From an uncultured Eubacterium sp. (GTDB lineage Bacteria > Bacillota > Clostridia > Oscillospirales > Acutalibacteraceae): a stretch of DNA of 64,000 nucleotides. Below the pieces are notes generated by a model. It had not been told where the DNA came from. It ran no database searches and saw only the letters and a list, made by a program, of their open reading frames with translations. Within the stretch, counting starts at the first letter, position 1. Every line of letters begins with the position of its first letter. Where the stretch lies: the NCBI GenBank assembly GCA_910583925.1, contig CAJTZJ010000004.1, positions 12,844 to 76,843 of the forward strand. Reading direction: 5' to 3'. Shown one piece after another: positions 45,683-54,581 of this stretch. Both the position numbers and the translations under genes were made by a program.

Positions 45683-45756
45683 GAAAACCGCTTTTTCGGC
45701 AGGACAGCTCTAACATATTGTTGTCCTGCTATTTTTTATACAGAAAGGAATTAAAA

Positions 45757-46947
45757 ATGTTTGTTTATGCAGATAATGCAGCAACTACAAAAATAAGCAA
45801 AAGAGCGCTTACAGCGATGATAAGTGCTTCGGAAAACTATTATGGCAATCCGTCAAGCCTGCACAGCTCCGGGCAGCAGGCAGCAGAGCAGCTTTTCAAT
45901 GCAAGAGAAAGAATTGCAAAAAAGCTTAATGCTGCCTCTTCAAGAGAAATTTATTTTACCTCCGGCGGAAGTGAGGCAGATAATCAGGCAATTCTTTCCA
46001 TTGCCGAAAACGGCAGAAAAAAAGGAAAAATGCATATTATTGCTTCTGCCTTTGAGCATCACGCAGTTCTTCATACTGTGAAAAAGCTGGAAAAACAGGG
46101 CTTTGAGATAACGCTTCTTGATGTTCATAAAGACGGAATCGTAGATCTATCCGAACTTAAAAATGCAATTAAAGACGAAACCTGCCTTGTGACAATTATG
46201 TTTGCCAATAATGAAATCGGTACCATTCAGCCAATAAAAGAAATAGGCAGAATATGCAGGGAAAGGGGCATTGTTTTTCATACGGATGCAGTTCAGGCGG
46301 CAGGTCATATTCCGATTGATGTTCAGGATATGAATATTGATCTGCTGTCGCTTTCTGCTCATAAATTCCACGGACCTAAAGGCATCGGTGCGCTTTACTG
46401 CAGAAACGCAATCCATCTCCATAATCTGATTGAGGGCGGAGCACAGGAGCGCTCAAAACGGGCAGGAACGGAAAATCTTCCCGCTATTCTCGGAATGGCA
46501 GAAGCCTTTGATGAATCCTGTGAAAATATGAATAAAACCTCTGAGTATGTTTCTTCTCTCAGAAACAGGCTGATAGAGGGACTTTCTGAAATTCCGCATT
46601 CCGTTGTAAACGGCGATACCGTGCAAAGGCTTCCGGGCAATGTGAATATGTGTTTTGAAGGAATAGAGGGCGAAAGTCTTTTGCTTTTGCTTGATATGAA
46701 AGGCATTCAGGCTTCAAGCGGTTCAGCGTGTACCTCAGGTTCGCTTGATCCAAGTCATGTTCTGCTTGCAATTGGTCTTCCTCACGAAGTAGCACACGGT
46801 TCTCTTCGTCTTAGTTTATCCGAAGAAAACACACCTGAAGAGGTTGAATACATCATTAAAGAGGTTCCTCAGGTAGTTGAATATTTAAGAAACATTTCCC
46901 CTGTATGGGAAGCACTTGAAAAAGGAGATATAAAGCATGTTATATAG
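45757..46947 (+). CDS. nifS: cysteine desulfurase (NifS/IscS class)
   Basis: YADNAATT at the N-terminus, the SAHKFHGPKG PLP-lysine, and the SSGSACTSG active-site Cys loop. I place the start at ATG 45757 with an AAAGGA SD. Confidence 0.93.
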   Translation: MFVYADNAATTKISKRALTAMISASENYYGNPSSLHSSGQQAAEQLFNARERIAKKLNAASSREIYFTSGGSEADNQAILSIAENGRKKGKMHIIASAFEHHAVLHTVKKLEKQGFEITLLDVHKDGIVDLSELKNAIKDETCLVTIMFANNEIGTIQPIKEIGRICRERGIVFHTDAVQAAGHIPIDVQDMNIDLLSLSAHKFHGPKGIGALYCRNAIHLHNLIEGGAQERSKRAGTENLPAILGMAEAFDESCENMNKTSEYVSSLRNRLIEGLSEIPHSVVNGDTVQRLPGNVNMCFEGIEGESLLLLLDMKGIQASSGSACTSGSLDPSHVLLAIGLPHEVAHGSLRLSLSEENTPEEVEYIIKEVPQVVEYLRNISPVWEALEKGDIKHVI

Positions 46948-47368
46948 CGAAAAGGTTATGGAGCATTTTCAGAATCCAAGAAATCTCGGCAAAATGGAAG
47001 ATGCAGATGGTATCGGCGAGGTTGGAAACGCAGTTTGCGGAGATATCATGAAGATTTATATTAAGGTTGATCATGGGATTATAACAGATGTTAAATTTAA
47101 TACTTTCGGATGCGGTTCTGCTATTGCAACCTCATCAATGGCAACAGAAATGATTAAGGGCAAAAAAATTGAAGAAGCGCTGACGCTTTCAAATAAAGCG
47201 GTTGTGGAAGCGCTGGACGGGCTTCCTGCTCATAAAATTCACTGCTCCGTTCTTGCTGAAGAAGCTGTAAAAGCGGCGGTTAAAGATTATTATGATAAAA
47301 ACAACATTCCTTATGATAAATCCGAATTTCCTGATTGTGATCATTGCGAAGGATGCTGCCACAGTTAG
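46937..47368 (+). CDS. nifU: Fe-S cluster scaffold protein (IscU/NifU N-terminal type)
   Basis: HFQNPRNLG, GNAVCGD, FGCGSAIA and HCSVLAEEA give the three cluster-ligand Cys residues. There is also a Cys-rich tail, CDHCEGCCHS. Confidence 0.93.
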   Translation: MLYSEKVMEHFQNPRNLGKMEDADGIGEVGNAVCGDIMKIYIKVDHGIITDVKFNTFGCGSAIATSSMATEMIKGKKIEEALTLSNKAVVEALDGLPAHKIHCSVLAEEAVKAAVKDYYDKNNIPYDKSEFPDCDHCEGCCHS

Positions 47369-47381
47369 GAAATAATCTTAA

Positions 47382-47501
47382 TATATCATTGAAAATATAC
47401 CGAAATTTGTTTTTGATGAACCGCAAAGAGCTATAACAAAGGGACAGGCGGTTGTTATTTATGATGGAGATACCGTAGTTGGCGGTGGAACAATAAAATA
47501 A
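47382..47501 (+). pseudogene. mnmA: 3'-terminal remnant of mnmA (tRNA 2-thiouridylase), about 39 codons, no start codon
   Basis: Own translation of frame 47382-47498: [39 protein letters not shown]-stop. The block FDEP.RAIT.GQAVV.YDG....GGG.I is the conserved MnmA C-terminus. An in-frame TAA lies at 47379-47381. There is no ATG/GTG/TTG in frame. Confidence 0.7.
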
Positions 47502-47573
47502 AGCGGATATTTTCATATCCTGCAATTCTTGTATATTCCGTAGTATTGATTTAATTATTATATTTATAAAAAC

Positions 47574-47603
47574 ACAACCCATTCTTGTTTGAGAATGGGT
47601 TGT
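47574..47603. terminator. bidirectional intrinsic terminator
   Basis: ACAACCCATTCT-TGTTTG-AGAATGGGTTGT has AAAAA upstream and ATTTTAT downstream. It lies between convergent transcription units. Confidence 0.8.
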
Positions 47604-47619
47604 ATTTTATCTTCTGTAT

Positions 47620-48066
47620 TCAATTGTTCTTCAAAAATTCTTCTAAAATATCGGCAGCCATATGAACAAGCTGATTACAAGGACGCTTTTTATAATACTG
47701 CTCTGTTCTGGGCTCGGGAACCGGACAGCGATTGCCGTTTTTATCAAGTCCCAAAAGCTCACGACAGACTATTGAACCGTTTTCCGCTTCAAATTTTTCG
47801 GCAACTTTTTGAATTCTTGTATAAACGGAAGTTTTGCCTTCATCGGCATAAAGAGCCGAAATAACAAACGCCATTCCGGAAACGGTTCCGCATACCTCCC
47901 TCATTCTGCCGATTCCGCCGCCGAAGCCCATTGTTAATCTTTCGATATCAGCAATATCCATATTAAGCTCTTCTGCAAATGCAGAAGCAACTGCCTGAGC
48001 GCAGTTCAGCCCTTGCTTAAAAAGTGCCTCTGCTTTTTCGCCCTTACTCATTTTCTGCAGGCTCAT
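47620..48066 (-). CDS. C_GCAxxG_C_C family protein (putative redox-active)
   Basis: 148 aa. The N-terminal F.QG.NCAQAV.SAF motif and later conserved Cys residues are typical of the family. The start is ambiguous (48066 or 48051). Both choices overlap the upstream gene's end. Confidence 0.75.
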   Translation of the reverse strand: MSLQKMSKGEKAEALFKQGLNCAQAVASAFAEELNMDIADIERLTMGFGGGIGRMREVCGTVSGMAFVISALYADEGKTSVYTRIQKVAEKFEAENGSIVCRELLGLDKNGNRCPVPEPRTEQYYKKRPCNQLVHMAADILEEFLKNN

Positions 48067-48751
48067 TGCTGGTAACCTCCTCCGGTGTTTTCTGGAATAA
48101 GGCTGTTAAATATCTTTCCCCGTCAACTGTAAAGGAATACTTTGTACCCGAAGCAACGATAACGCCGTTTTCATACCATCCGACAAACTGAGCACCCGGC
48201 TCTGCGGTTGCAATAAGCGTTACTCTTTTGCCTCTTGCATATTCGCCCTCGCCTAAAATATTGCCGTTGCCGTCTACATCAACATAAATACGGAATTTAG
48301 ATTCAGTAGGCTTGGTAGTTGTTTGCTTTGCTGTAGTGGTTGTGGTTTTTTCCGTTGTTTTCTCGGTTGTTTTCTCAGTTGTAGATTCGGTAGTCTTTTC
48401 AGTTGTTTTTTCAGTAGTATTATCAAAGCTGTTGCTGCTTGAACTTTCGGAATAACTATCGGATATGCTGATTGTATCAGATTCGCTTGTTTCAGGTTCC
48501 TTGCCGCCGCCCAGACTGGTAACAGCAAAAACAACACCCGCTATAACCGCAATAAGAATAACAGCAAGAACAACAATTATAATAATGCTTTTCTTAGTTG
48601 CCTTTTTTTCATATGCCTCATCATCTTCATATTCATCAAGATATCCGCCGTTTTCAACAATTTCATCGCTTTCATCATAAAGCGGAGAACCACAGTTCTG
48701 GCATATATATCTTCCGTCCTCATTCTCTGAGCCGCAGTTTCTGCATCTCAT
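48044..48751 (-). CDS. zinc-ribbon / single-TM / Thr-rich linker / InlB-B-repeat-like domain protein
   Basis: N-terminal CRNCGSEN...CQNCGS, a TM segment (IIIIVVLAVILIAVIAGVVFAV), TTEKTTEK repeats, and a C-terminal GNG.I.GEG.Y..G..V.L.A.A..G..F.GW module. Confidence 0.8.
   Translation of the reverse strand: MRCRNCGSENEDGRYICQNCGSPLYDESDEIVENGGYLDEYEDDEAYEKKATKKSIIIIVVLAVILIAVIAGVVFAVTSLGGGKEPETSESDTISISDSYSESSSSNSFDNTTEKTTEKTTESTTEKTTEKTTEKTTTTTAKQTTTKPTESKFRIYVDVDGNGNILGEGEYARGKRVTLIATAEPGAQFVGWYENGVIVASGTKYSFTVDGERYLTALFQKTPEEVTSNEPAENE
48311..48418. repeat. 12-bp coding tandem repeat (TTEK units) plus poly-Thr
   Basis: The minus strand encodes TTEKTTEKTTESTTEKTTEKTTEKTTTTTAKQTTTKPT. The plus strand shows reiterated TTTTC(T/A)(C/G)(G/A)GTTGT-like units. 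Confidence 0.8.
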
Positions 48752-48926
48752 AAGAAAACCTCCTTAAACAGCTTACTTACTTTTTATTGCTTAGACACAG
48801 GTATTGTAGCATATTGAATATGAAATAACAACCTTTAATTTAATTGTTTACATATTCATTATTGATTAAAATATTATAATATGCTATTATTAAAATACTA
48901 TTATACTTTTTGAATGGAGAAAAAAT

Positions 48927-50759
48927 ATGAGCGAACAAATTCCAAATATGGATTACAATGCGGATGAAGTGATAAAAGGCTTCAAAGAAAAGTTCAGCTG
49001 GGCAAAGGCTGATGAAGTACAAGCTGTTGTTAAGCCAAAAAAAATATGGCTTCGGTTGCTTCTTTCCTTGCTCGCAACAAGTATTGCAGGCGGAATTATT
49101 TACTATAATATGCTTCCTGCGCTGAATTTTAAAGATTCGCAGATGTATACCTTTTTAATTGCACTTATTGTAATCTTTATGATAGCTTTTTCCTTTGCAT
49201 GCCGGGCAAATAAGCTTATTGAGCGAAAGGAATATGTTAAAAGCAAAGCAAAATTCCCCGTTGCAATTATTGCTGTTCTAGTTGTAATTATGATTATCGG
49301 CTCTGTTTGCGGTGCAACCATTTTCCGTGCAGGCTCATACAGCAAGCTTATGCCGGTTACAAACAGTGAATTCAGCGAGGATTTCAAATCCATCAGCTAT
49401 GACAGTGTTCCTCGAATTGATCAGGACAGAGCATTAACTCTTGCGGATCAGCAGCTTGGCTCTCTTGCCGAATACAAAAGCCAGTATGTTGTTTCAAACA
49501 CAACAACAATGATTAACTATAAGGGAAGCCCTGTAAGAGTTGCCTACCTTGAATACGCAGATGTTTTCAAATGGTTTAACAATACAAAAGAGGGTCTGCC
49601 GGCTTATATGATTATAGATCTTGTTACACAGAAGGTTTCGGTTGTCAACTGTAAAGAACAGTTCGGCGAGGGTATCAAATACAGCCCCACGGAATGGTTT
49701 AACGAAAAGCTTTACCGCCACATTCGTTTCCAGTATCCTTCCGCACTTTTAGATACACCGAATTTTGAAATCAACGATGAAGGCAGACCTTACTGGATTA
49801 CTCCGGTGCTTGATAAAACCATCGGCTTATTCGGAGGAACAGATGTTAAGGGCGCTATTATAACAGATGCTCTTACCGGTGAAAGTGAATATTACGATAT
49901 TGAAGCGGTTAAGAACAATTCCGAATTGCAGTGGATTGATGTAGTTTACAAGGATACGCTCGTGCTGGAGCAGTATAATTATTACGGAAAGCTTAAGAAC
50001 GGCTTCTGGAATTCAATTATTTTCCAGAACGATGTAAATCTTACATCAGAGGGCTGGGGCAGTATTGCGCTTGATGATGATGTATGGGTTTATACAGGTG
50101 TAACCTCCGCTGAATCGGATTCTTCAAACTTCGGTTTTATTCTTTGCAATCAGAGAACGAAAGAAACAAGATATTATCAGAACGGCGGCGCAATGGAAAA
50201 TGCGGCGCAGCGTTCAGCACAGGATGCTGTTCAGAACTATGGATATAAGGCTATATTCCCTATTCTTCTTGATATTGAGGGTAAACCAACCTATTTTATG
50301 AGTCTTTACGGAAGCAGTAATACCGTAAAGGGCTATGCACTTGTTAACCTTGATGATAAAACGCTTGTCGGAACCGGTCTTTTGGATAATACAAACAAGA
50401 GCGATGCACAGGCATTGAATGCAGCAGTTGAAAACTACATCTATGCTCTTCAGGACAAAGGAATCATCGGCAATGATGTAGACCTTGATGATTATATTGT
50501 TGATGATAACAAGCAGCCGAGTGAAGAAAAACCTGCCGAAACAAACGGAAACACTGTTAAAGGTAAGATTTCATCAATTAAAACCTCGGTAAACAACGGA
50601 AATACGATTTATTATCTTGAAATCAGCGAAAAATATTATTATATTTCCGTTGCAGACTGTATGGAAGTGCTTCTCGTTAACCCGGGCGATACAGTAACAA
50701 TCACACTCGGTGAAAAATCAAACGGTGTATTTATTGAGGCTGCAAAGGTAGAAAAATAA
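48927..50759 (+). CDS. hypothetical membrane protein with a large extracytoplasmic domain
   Basis: 610 aa with a GGAGA SD. Three hydrophobic segments lie in residues about 40-135, followed by a roughly 470-aa soluble region. I recognise no motif. Confidence 0.8.
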   Translation: MSEQIPNMDYNADEVIKGFKEKFSWAKADEVQAVVKPKKIWLRLLLSLLATSIAGGIIYYNMLPALNFKDSQMYTFLIALIVIFMIAFSFACRANKLIERKEYVKSKAKFPVAIIAVLVVIMIIGSVCGATIFRAGSYSKLMPVTNSEFSEDFKSISYDSVPRIDQDRALTLADQQLGSLAEYKSQYVVSNTTTMINYKGSPVRVAYLEYADVFKWFNNTKEGLPAYMIIDLVTQKVSVVNCKEQFGEGIKYSPTEWFNEKLYRHIRFQYPSALLDTPNFEINDEGRPYWITPVLDKTIGLFGGTDVKGAIITDALTGESEYYDIEAVKNNSELQWIDVVYKDTLVLEQYNYYGKLKNGFWNSIIFQNDVNLTSEGWGSIALDDDVWVYTGVTSAESDSSNFGFILCNQRTKETRYYQNGGAMENAAQRSAQDAVQNYGYKAIFPILLDIEGKPTYFMSLYGSSNTVKGYALVNLDDKTLVGTGLLDNTNKSDAQALNAAVENYIYALQDKGIIGNDVDLDDYIVDDNKQPSEEKPAETNGNTVKGKISSIKTSVNNGNTIYYLEISEKYYYISVADCMEVLLVNPGDTVTITLGEKSNGVFIEAAKVEK

Positions 50760-50819
50760 TTTCAGAAAATAAAGGGATGGTTTTCCGTCCCTTTAAATTA
50801 GTTGGAGGAAGTATAAAAT

Positions 50820-51530
50820 ATGGCTTCTAAATCTTATATTCAATTTCAGGGCGTTTCAAAAAGCTACGGCAGCGGAAATGCAAAAACCTATGCTCTTTCA
50901 GATGCAAGCTTTGAGATAAACAAGGGCGAATTCTGCGTGATTCTCGGTGAATCCGGTGCAGGTAAAACAACCCTTCTTAATCTTCTCGGCGGAATGGATA
51001 CGGTTTCGGGCGGAAAAATCAGATTTAACGGAACAGAGGTTTCTTCTCTTAAAAAGAAAGCACTTATTGAATACCGCCGGTACAATGTAGGTTTTGTTTT
51101 TCAGTTTTATAATCTAATCCCTAATCTTACTGCTATTGAAAATGTTGAAATAGCAGCTCAGCTCTGCAAGGATCCGCTTCCTGCAAAGGAAGCGCTTGAA
51201 ATGGTTGACCTTTCGGCACATGCAGATAAGTTTCCGGCTGAGCTTTCGGGCGGTGAACAACAGAGAGTTGCCATTGCAAGAGCGCTTGCCAAGAATCCGA
51301 AAATGCTTTTGTGCGATGAGCCTACAGGTGCACTTGACTATGTAACGGGAAAAACTGTTCTTAAAATGCTTTACGATTTAAGCAGAAAGCAGAATACAAC
51401 AGTTGTTATTATTACCCATAATCAGGCAATTGCTCCGATGGCAGACAGAATTATCCGCATAAAAAGCGGTAAAATTGAATCAAACAGGAAAAACAGCAAA
51501 ATTATTCCGATTGAAGAAATAGAGTGGTGA
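50820..51530 (+). CDS. ABC transporter ATP-binding protein (MacB/LolD/FtsE-like)
   Basis: Walker [10 protein letters not shown], signature [15 protein letters not shown] and Walker [12 protein letters not shown]. Confidence 0.93.
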   Translation: MASKSYIQFQGVSKSYGSGNAKTYALSDASFEINKGEFCVILGESGAGKTTLLNLLGGMDTVSGGKIRFNGTEVSSLKKKALIEYRRYNVGFVFQFYNLIPNLTAIENVEIAAQLCKDPLPAKEALEMVDLSAHADKFPAELSGGEQQRVAIARALAKNPKMLLCDEPTGALDYVTGKTVLKMLYDLSRKQNTTVVIITHNQAIAPMADRIIRIKSGKIESNRKNSKIIPIEEIEW

Positions 51531-54043
51531 TGCCGATGAATTTTTCAATTTTAAAACTCACAAGGCGAAGCATCAGGTCCTCTTTCGGAAGATTTCTTGC
51601 CATTCTGCTTATTGTTACGCTCAGTGTCGGGTTTTTCTCGGGGCTTAAAATAACGAAATCAGCAATGGCAGAAACCTGCAATGATTATCTTATCAAACAG
51701 AATTTCTTTGATTACAGATTGCTTTCCACAATAGGCTTTACCGATAATGATGTAAAAACCTTTCAGGGCGATTCTGCTGTCAGCCTTGCCGAGGGCGGCA
51801 AAAGTGTAGATGCGTTGCTTAAGTTCAATGAAAAAACAGCCGCATATAAGCTTATTGCTATGCCGAAATATATCAATAATCCGGCTTTGGTGTCAGGAGA
51901 AATGCCTGCTGCTGAAAATGAATGTCTTGTTGATGCAAGAGTTTTTGATGAAAATTGCATCGGAAAAACAATAGAGCTTTCAATCGAAAACAGCAAGGAT
52001 ATTTCTGACACGGTTAAAACAACGGTTTATACAATTACGGGAACTGCCAGCTCACCTCTTTATCTTGGCAATAACAGAGGAACAGCAAATATAGGCAGCG
52101 GAACACTGACGGGATTCGTTTATATTCAGCCGGAAAACTTTACAGGTGAATATTATACAGAGCTTTATTTAACACTTTCGGAAAATGCGCCTGCCTACAG
52201 CAGTGATTACAAAAAACTGATTACTCAGCAAAAGGGACATATTTCAGAGCTTTTCCAGACTGCAATTGAAAACCGCGCATATGATACCCTTGGTGTCAGC
52301 AAAGATGATTTATCTCTTCTTGCTGCTGTATATGGCATCAGCACGGAAGAACTCGAAGAAGAGCTCAGAAAGCAGATGGATTTTGAGGAACCCACTACTT
52401 ATATTTTTACAAGAGAAGAAAATCAGGGTTACTTAAGCTTTGAAAGTGATACCTCGATTATCAGCGGAATTGCAAATATCCTGCCTGTTTTCTTTATTCT
52501 TATTGCTATGCTTGTCTGCATTACAACTATGACACGAATGGTAGACGAGGAACGCACACAGATTGGTGTGCTTAAGGCAATGGGCTACGGAAACGGGGTA
52601 ATAACAGGTAAATATCTGCTTTATTCCGGAGTGGCAACTGCTATCGGCTGGATAATCGGATTCTTCGGCGGAACTGTCGGTATTCCAAAAATCTTTTGGT
52701 TTGCATACAGCTCGCTTTATGATTTTGCACCGATTAAATATATTTTCAATCCTTCGCTTGCACTCAGTACACTTGTTGTTGCACTTGCCGGAATTCTGGG
52801 CAGTGCGCTTATTTCCTGCTTCAGAGAGTTATACAGCAATCCTGCCGTTCTGATCAGACCGTTGCCGGCTGCCAGCGGAAAAAGAATTCTTCTTGAAAGA
52901 TTCAGACTTCTCTGGAAAAAGCTTTCCTTTCTTAAGAAGGTTACACTCAGAAATATGTTCCGATACAAGAAAAGGCTGTTTATGATGCTCATCGGCGTAA
53001 GCTGCTGTGCAGGCTTAGTGCTTACAGCCTTTGGTGTAAGGGATTCCATGGTTGATATTGCTTCGCTTCAGTATGATCAAGTTCAGAAATATCAGATGGA
53101 AGCAACATACAGCAATGAAGAAGCTTTTAACAATATAACATCCGCTTCCGAGATAAAAGATTATATTACCTGTCAGGAGCTAAGAGTAGAAGTTTCAAAT
53201 GAAAATGCAGCAATGCGTGCAGTAAATTACTACAGCTTTGATGATATCAGCCGCCTGTCGGACTTTTGGAACTTTGCAAACGGAACAAAAACAGTTCCTT
53301 TTCCTCAGGCTGATATATCCTCAAAGCCTGTTATAATCAGCAAGGGAATTGCAAATAATCTTTCCCTTTCAACCGGCGATACGATTATTATAAAAAACAG
53401 TGATAACAAGGCAATTGAAGCAACCATAAGCGGCATTTTTGATAACTATGTTGATAATTTTGTTGTTATCGCATCGGAATCTCAGCCGTCTGCCTTTGCC
53501 GAGTGGAAAGAAAATACCGTTTTGTTCCATACAGATGCTGAAAGTGAATCACTTGCCGAAAAGCTTATGGATATTTCAGGTGTAACAGCCGTTAATCAGC
53601 TCAACGATACAAGACATTCCGTTGATATAGCACTGAACAGTCTTAATTATATTATCTGGCTTATTGTGGCATTCTCAGGTGTTCTTGAATTTGTTGTAAT
53701 ATTTAATTTAACAAATATTAATATAGCAGAGAGAAGACGGGAAATTGCAACCGTTCAGGTGCTCGGCTTCTATCCGAAGGAGCAAAACAGCTATGTGCTT
53801 CGTGAAAATCTTGTTCTGTCAATCATTTCAAGCTTTATCGGGCTTCCGCTTGGTATACTGTTCCATTCTGCAGTTATGAAGCTTATCGTTATAGACAGAA
53901 TTACCTTTGATGTTTCAATCAGACCGTCAAGCTTTGTTGCTGCCATTCTATGCACTATACTTTTTGCTGTTTTTGTTAATCAGTTTATGAAGCATAAAAT
54001 AGATAAAATACCTATGGCAGAATCACTTAAGGCAGTTGAATAA
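51530..54043 (+). CDS. FtsX-family ABC permease with duplicated FtsX domains
   Basis: About 835 aa with two 4-TM FtsX blocks, each preceded by a large extracytoplasmic domain. The ATG at 51530 overlaps the upstream TGA by 1 nt. The ORF track uses the GTG at 51524. Confidence 0.88.
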   Translation: MPMNFSILKLTRRSIRSSFGRFLAILLIVTLSVGFFSGLKITKSAMAETCNDYLIKQNFFDYRLLSTIGFTDNDVKTFQGDSAVSLAEGGKSVDALLKFNEKTAAYKLIAMPKYINNPALVSGEMPAAENECLVDARVFDENCIGKTIELSIENSKDISDTVKTTVYTITGTASSPLYLGNNRGTANIGSGTLTGFVYIQPENFTGEYYTELYLTLSENAPAYSSDYKKLITQQKGHISELFQTAIENRAYDTLGVSKDDLSLLAAVYGISTEELEEELRKQMDFEEPTTYIFTREENQGYLSFESDTSIISGIANILPVFFILIAMLVCITTMTRMVDEERTQIGVLKAMGYGNGVITGKYLLYSGVATAIGWIIGFFGGTVGIPKIFWFAYSSLYDFAPIKYIFNPSLALSTLVVALAGILGSALISCFRELYSNPAVLIRPLPAASGKRILLERFRLLWKKLSFLKKVTLRNMFRYKKRLFMMLIGVSCCAGLVLTAFGVRDSMVDIASLQYDQVQKYQMEATYSNEEAFNNITSASEIKDYITCQELRVEVSNENAAMRAVNYYSFDDISRLSDFWNFANGTKTVPFPQADISSKPVIISKGIANNLSLSTGDTIIIKNSDNKAIEATISGIFDNYVDNFVVIASESQPSAFAEWKENTVLFHTDAESESLAEKLMDISGVTAVNQLNDTRHSVDIALNSLNYIIWLIVAFSGVLEFVVIFNLTNINIAERRREIATVQVLGFYPKEQNSYVLRENLVLSIISSFIGLPLGILFHSAVMKLIVIDRITFDVSIRPSSFVAAILCTILFAVFVNQFMKHKIDKIPMAESLKAVE

Positions 54044-54045
54044 AA

Positions 54046-54504
54046 ATGATTTTTGATAAAATGGAAAACATTGCTGATTATTTTGAAGATTTGCCTCTTC
54101 TTGAAAAGGTTGCCGAATTTGTTCGGGACTTTAACAAAAACGGTAAAGAGGATGGCACCTATGAAATAGACGGTGATAAGGTTTTTGCAGTAATCAGTTC
54201 ATACAGAACAAATCCTCAGACACCGGAAATGATGTTTGAGGCTCACAAAAAATATATGGATGTCCAGTATATAGTAACCGGGATTGAAAAAATACGCTGG
54301 GCAAGGCTGAATTCGGTTGATCTTGTTGAAGAAAGATATTCGAAAGGACAGGATATCGCCTTTTATGAGGGAACACCGCTTTTCGATTTTACGCTTACCA
54401 AGGGGACATTCCTTTTGCTCTATCCCGATGATGCCCATCTTCCCGGCCTTAGTGCAGAAAAAGATGTTCATGTAAGAAAAATTGTTTTTAAGGTAATGGT
54501 ATAA
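54046..54504 (+). CDS. YhcH/YjgK/YiaL (DUF386) family protein
   Basis: 152 aa. E.H..Y.D.QY...G.E...W and the LLYPDDAH..PG pattern are typical of the family. It starts 2 nt after the permease stop. Confidence 0.75.
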   Translation: MIFDKMENIADYFEDLPLLEKVAEFVRDFNKNGKEDGTYEIDGDKVFAVISSYRTNPQTPEMMFEAHKKYMDVQYIVTGIEKIRWARLNSVDLVEERYSKGQDIAFYEGTPLFDFTLTKGTFLLLYPDDAHLPGLSAEKDVHVRKIVFKVMV

Positions 54505-54512
54505 AAAATAAA

Positions 54513-54570
54513 AAGCTACTGCGATGTGAAGGTTTTAAGTTCACTTCAGATGCAGTGGCTTTTTTATTTT
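54513..54570. terminator. long imperfect bidirectional terminator hairpin
   Basis: AAGCTACTGC...GCAGTGGCTT outer stem with inner GTGAA/TTCAC pairing. AAAAA lies upstream and TTTTTTATTTT downstream. It sits between convergent genes. Confidence 0.7.
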
Positions 54571-54581
54571 GTACAAATTGC

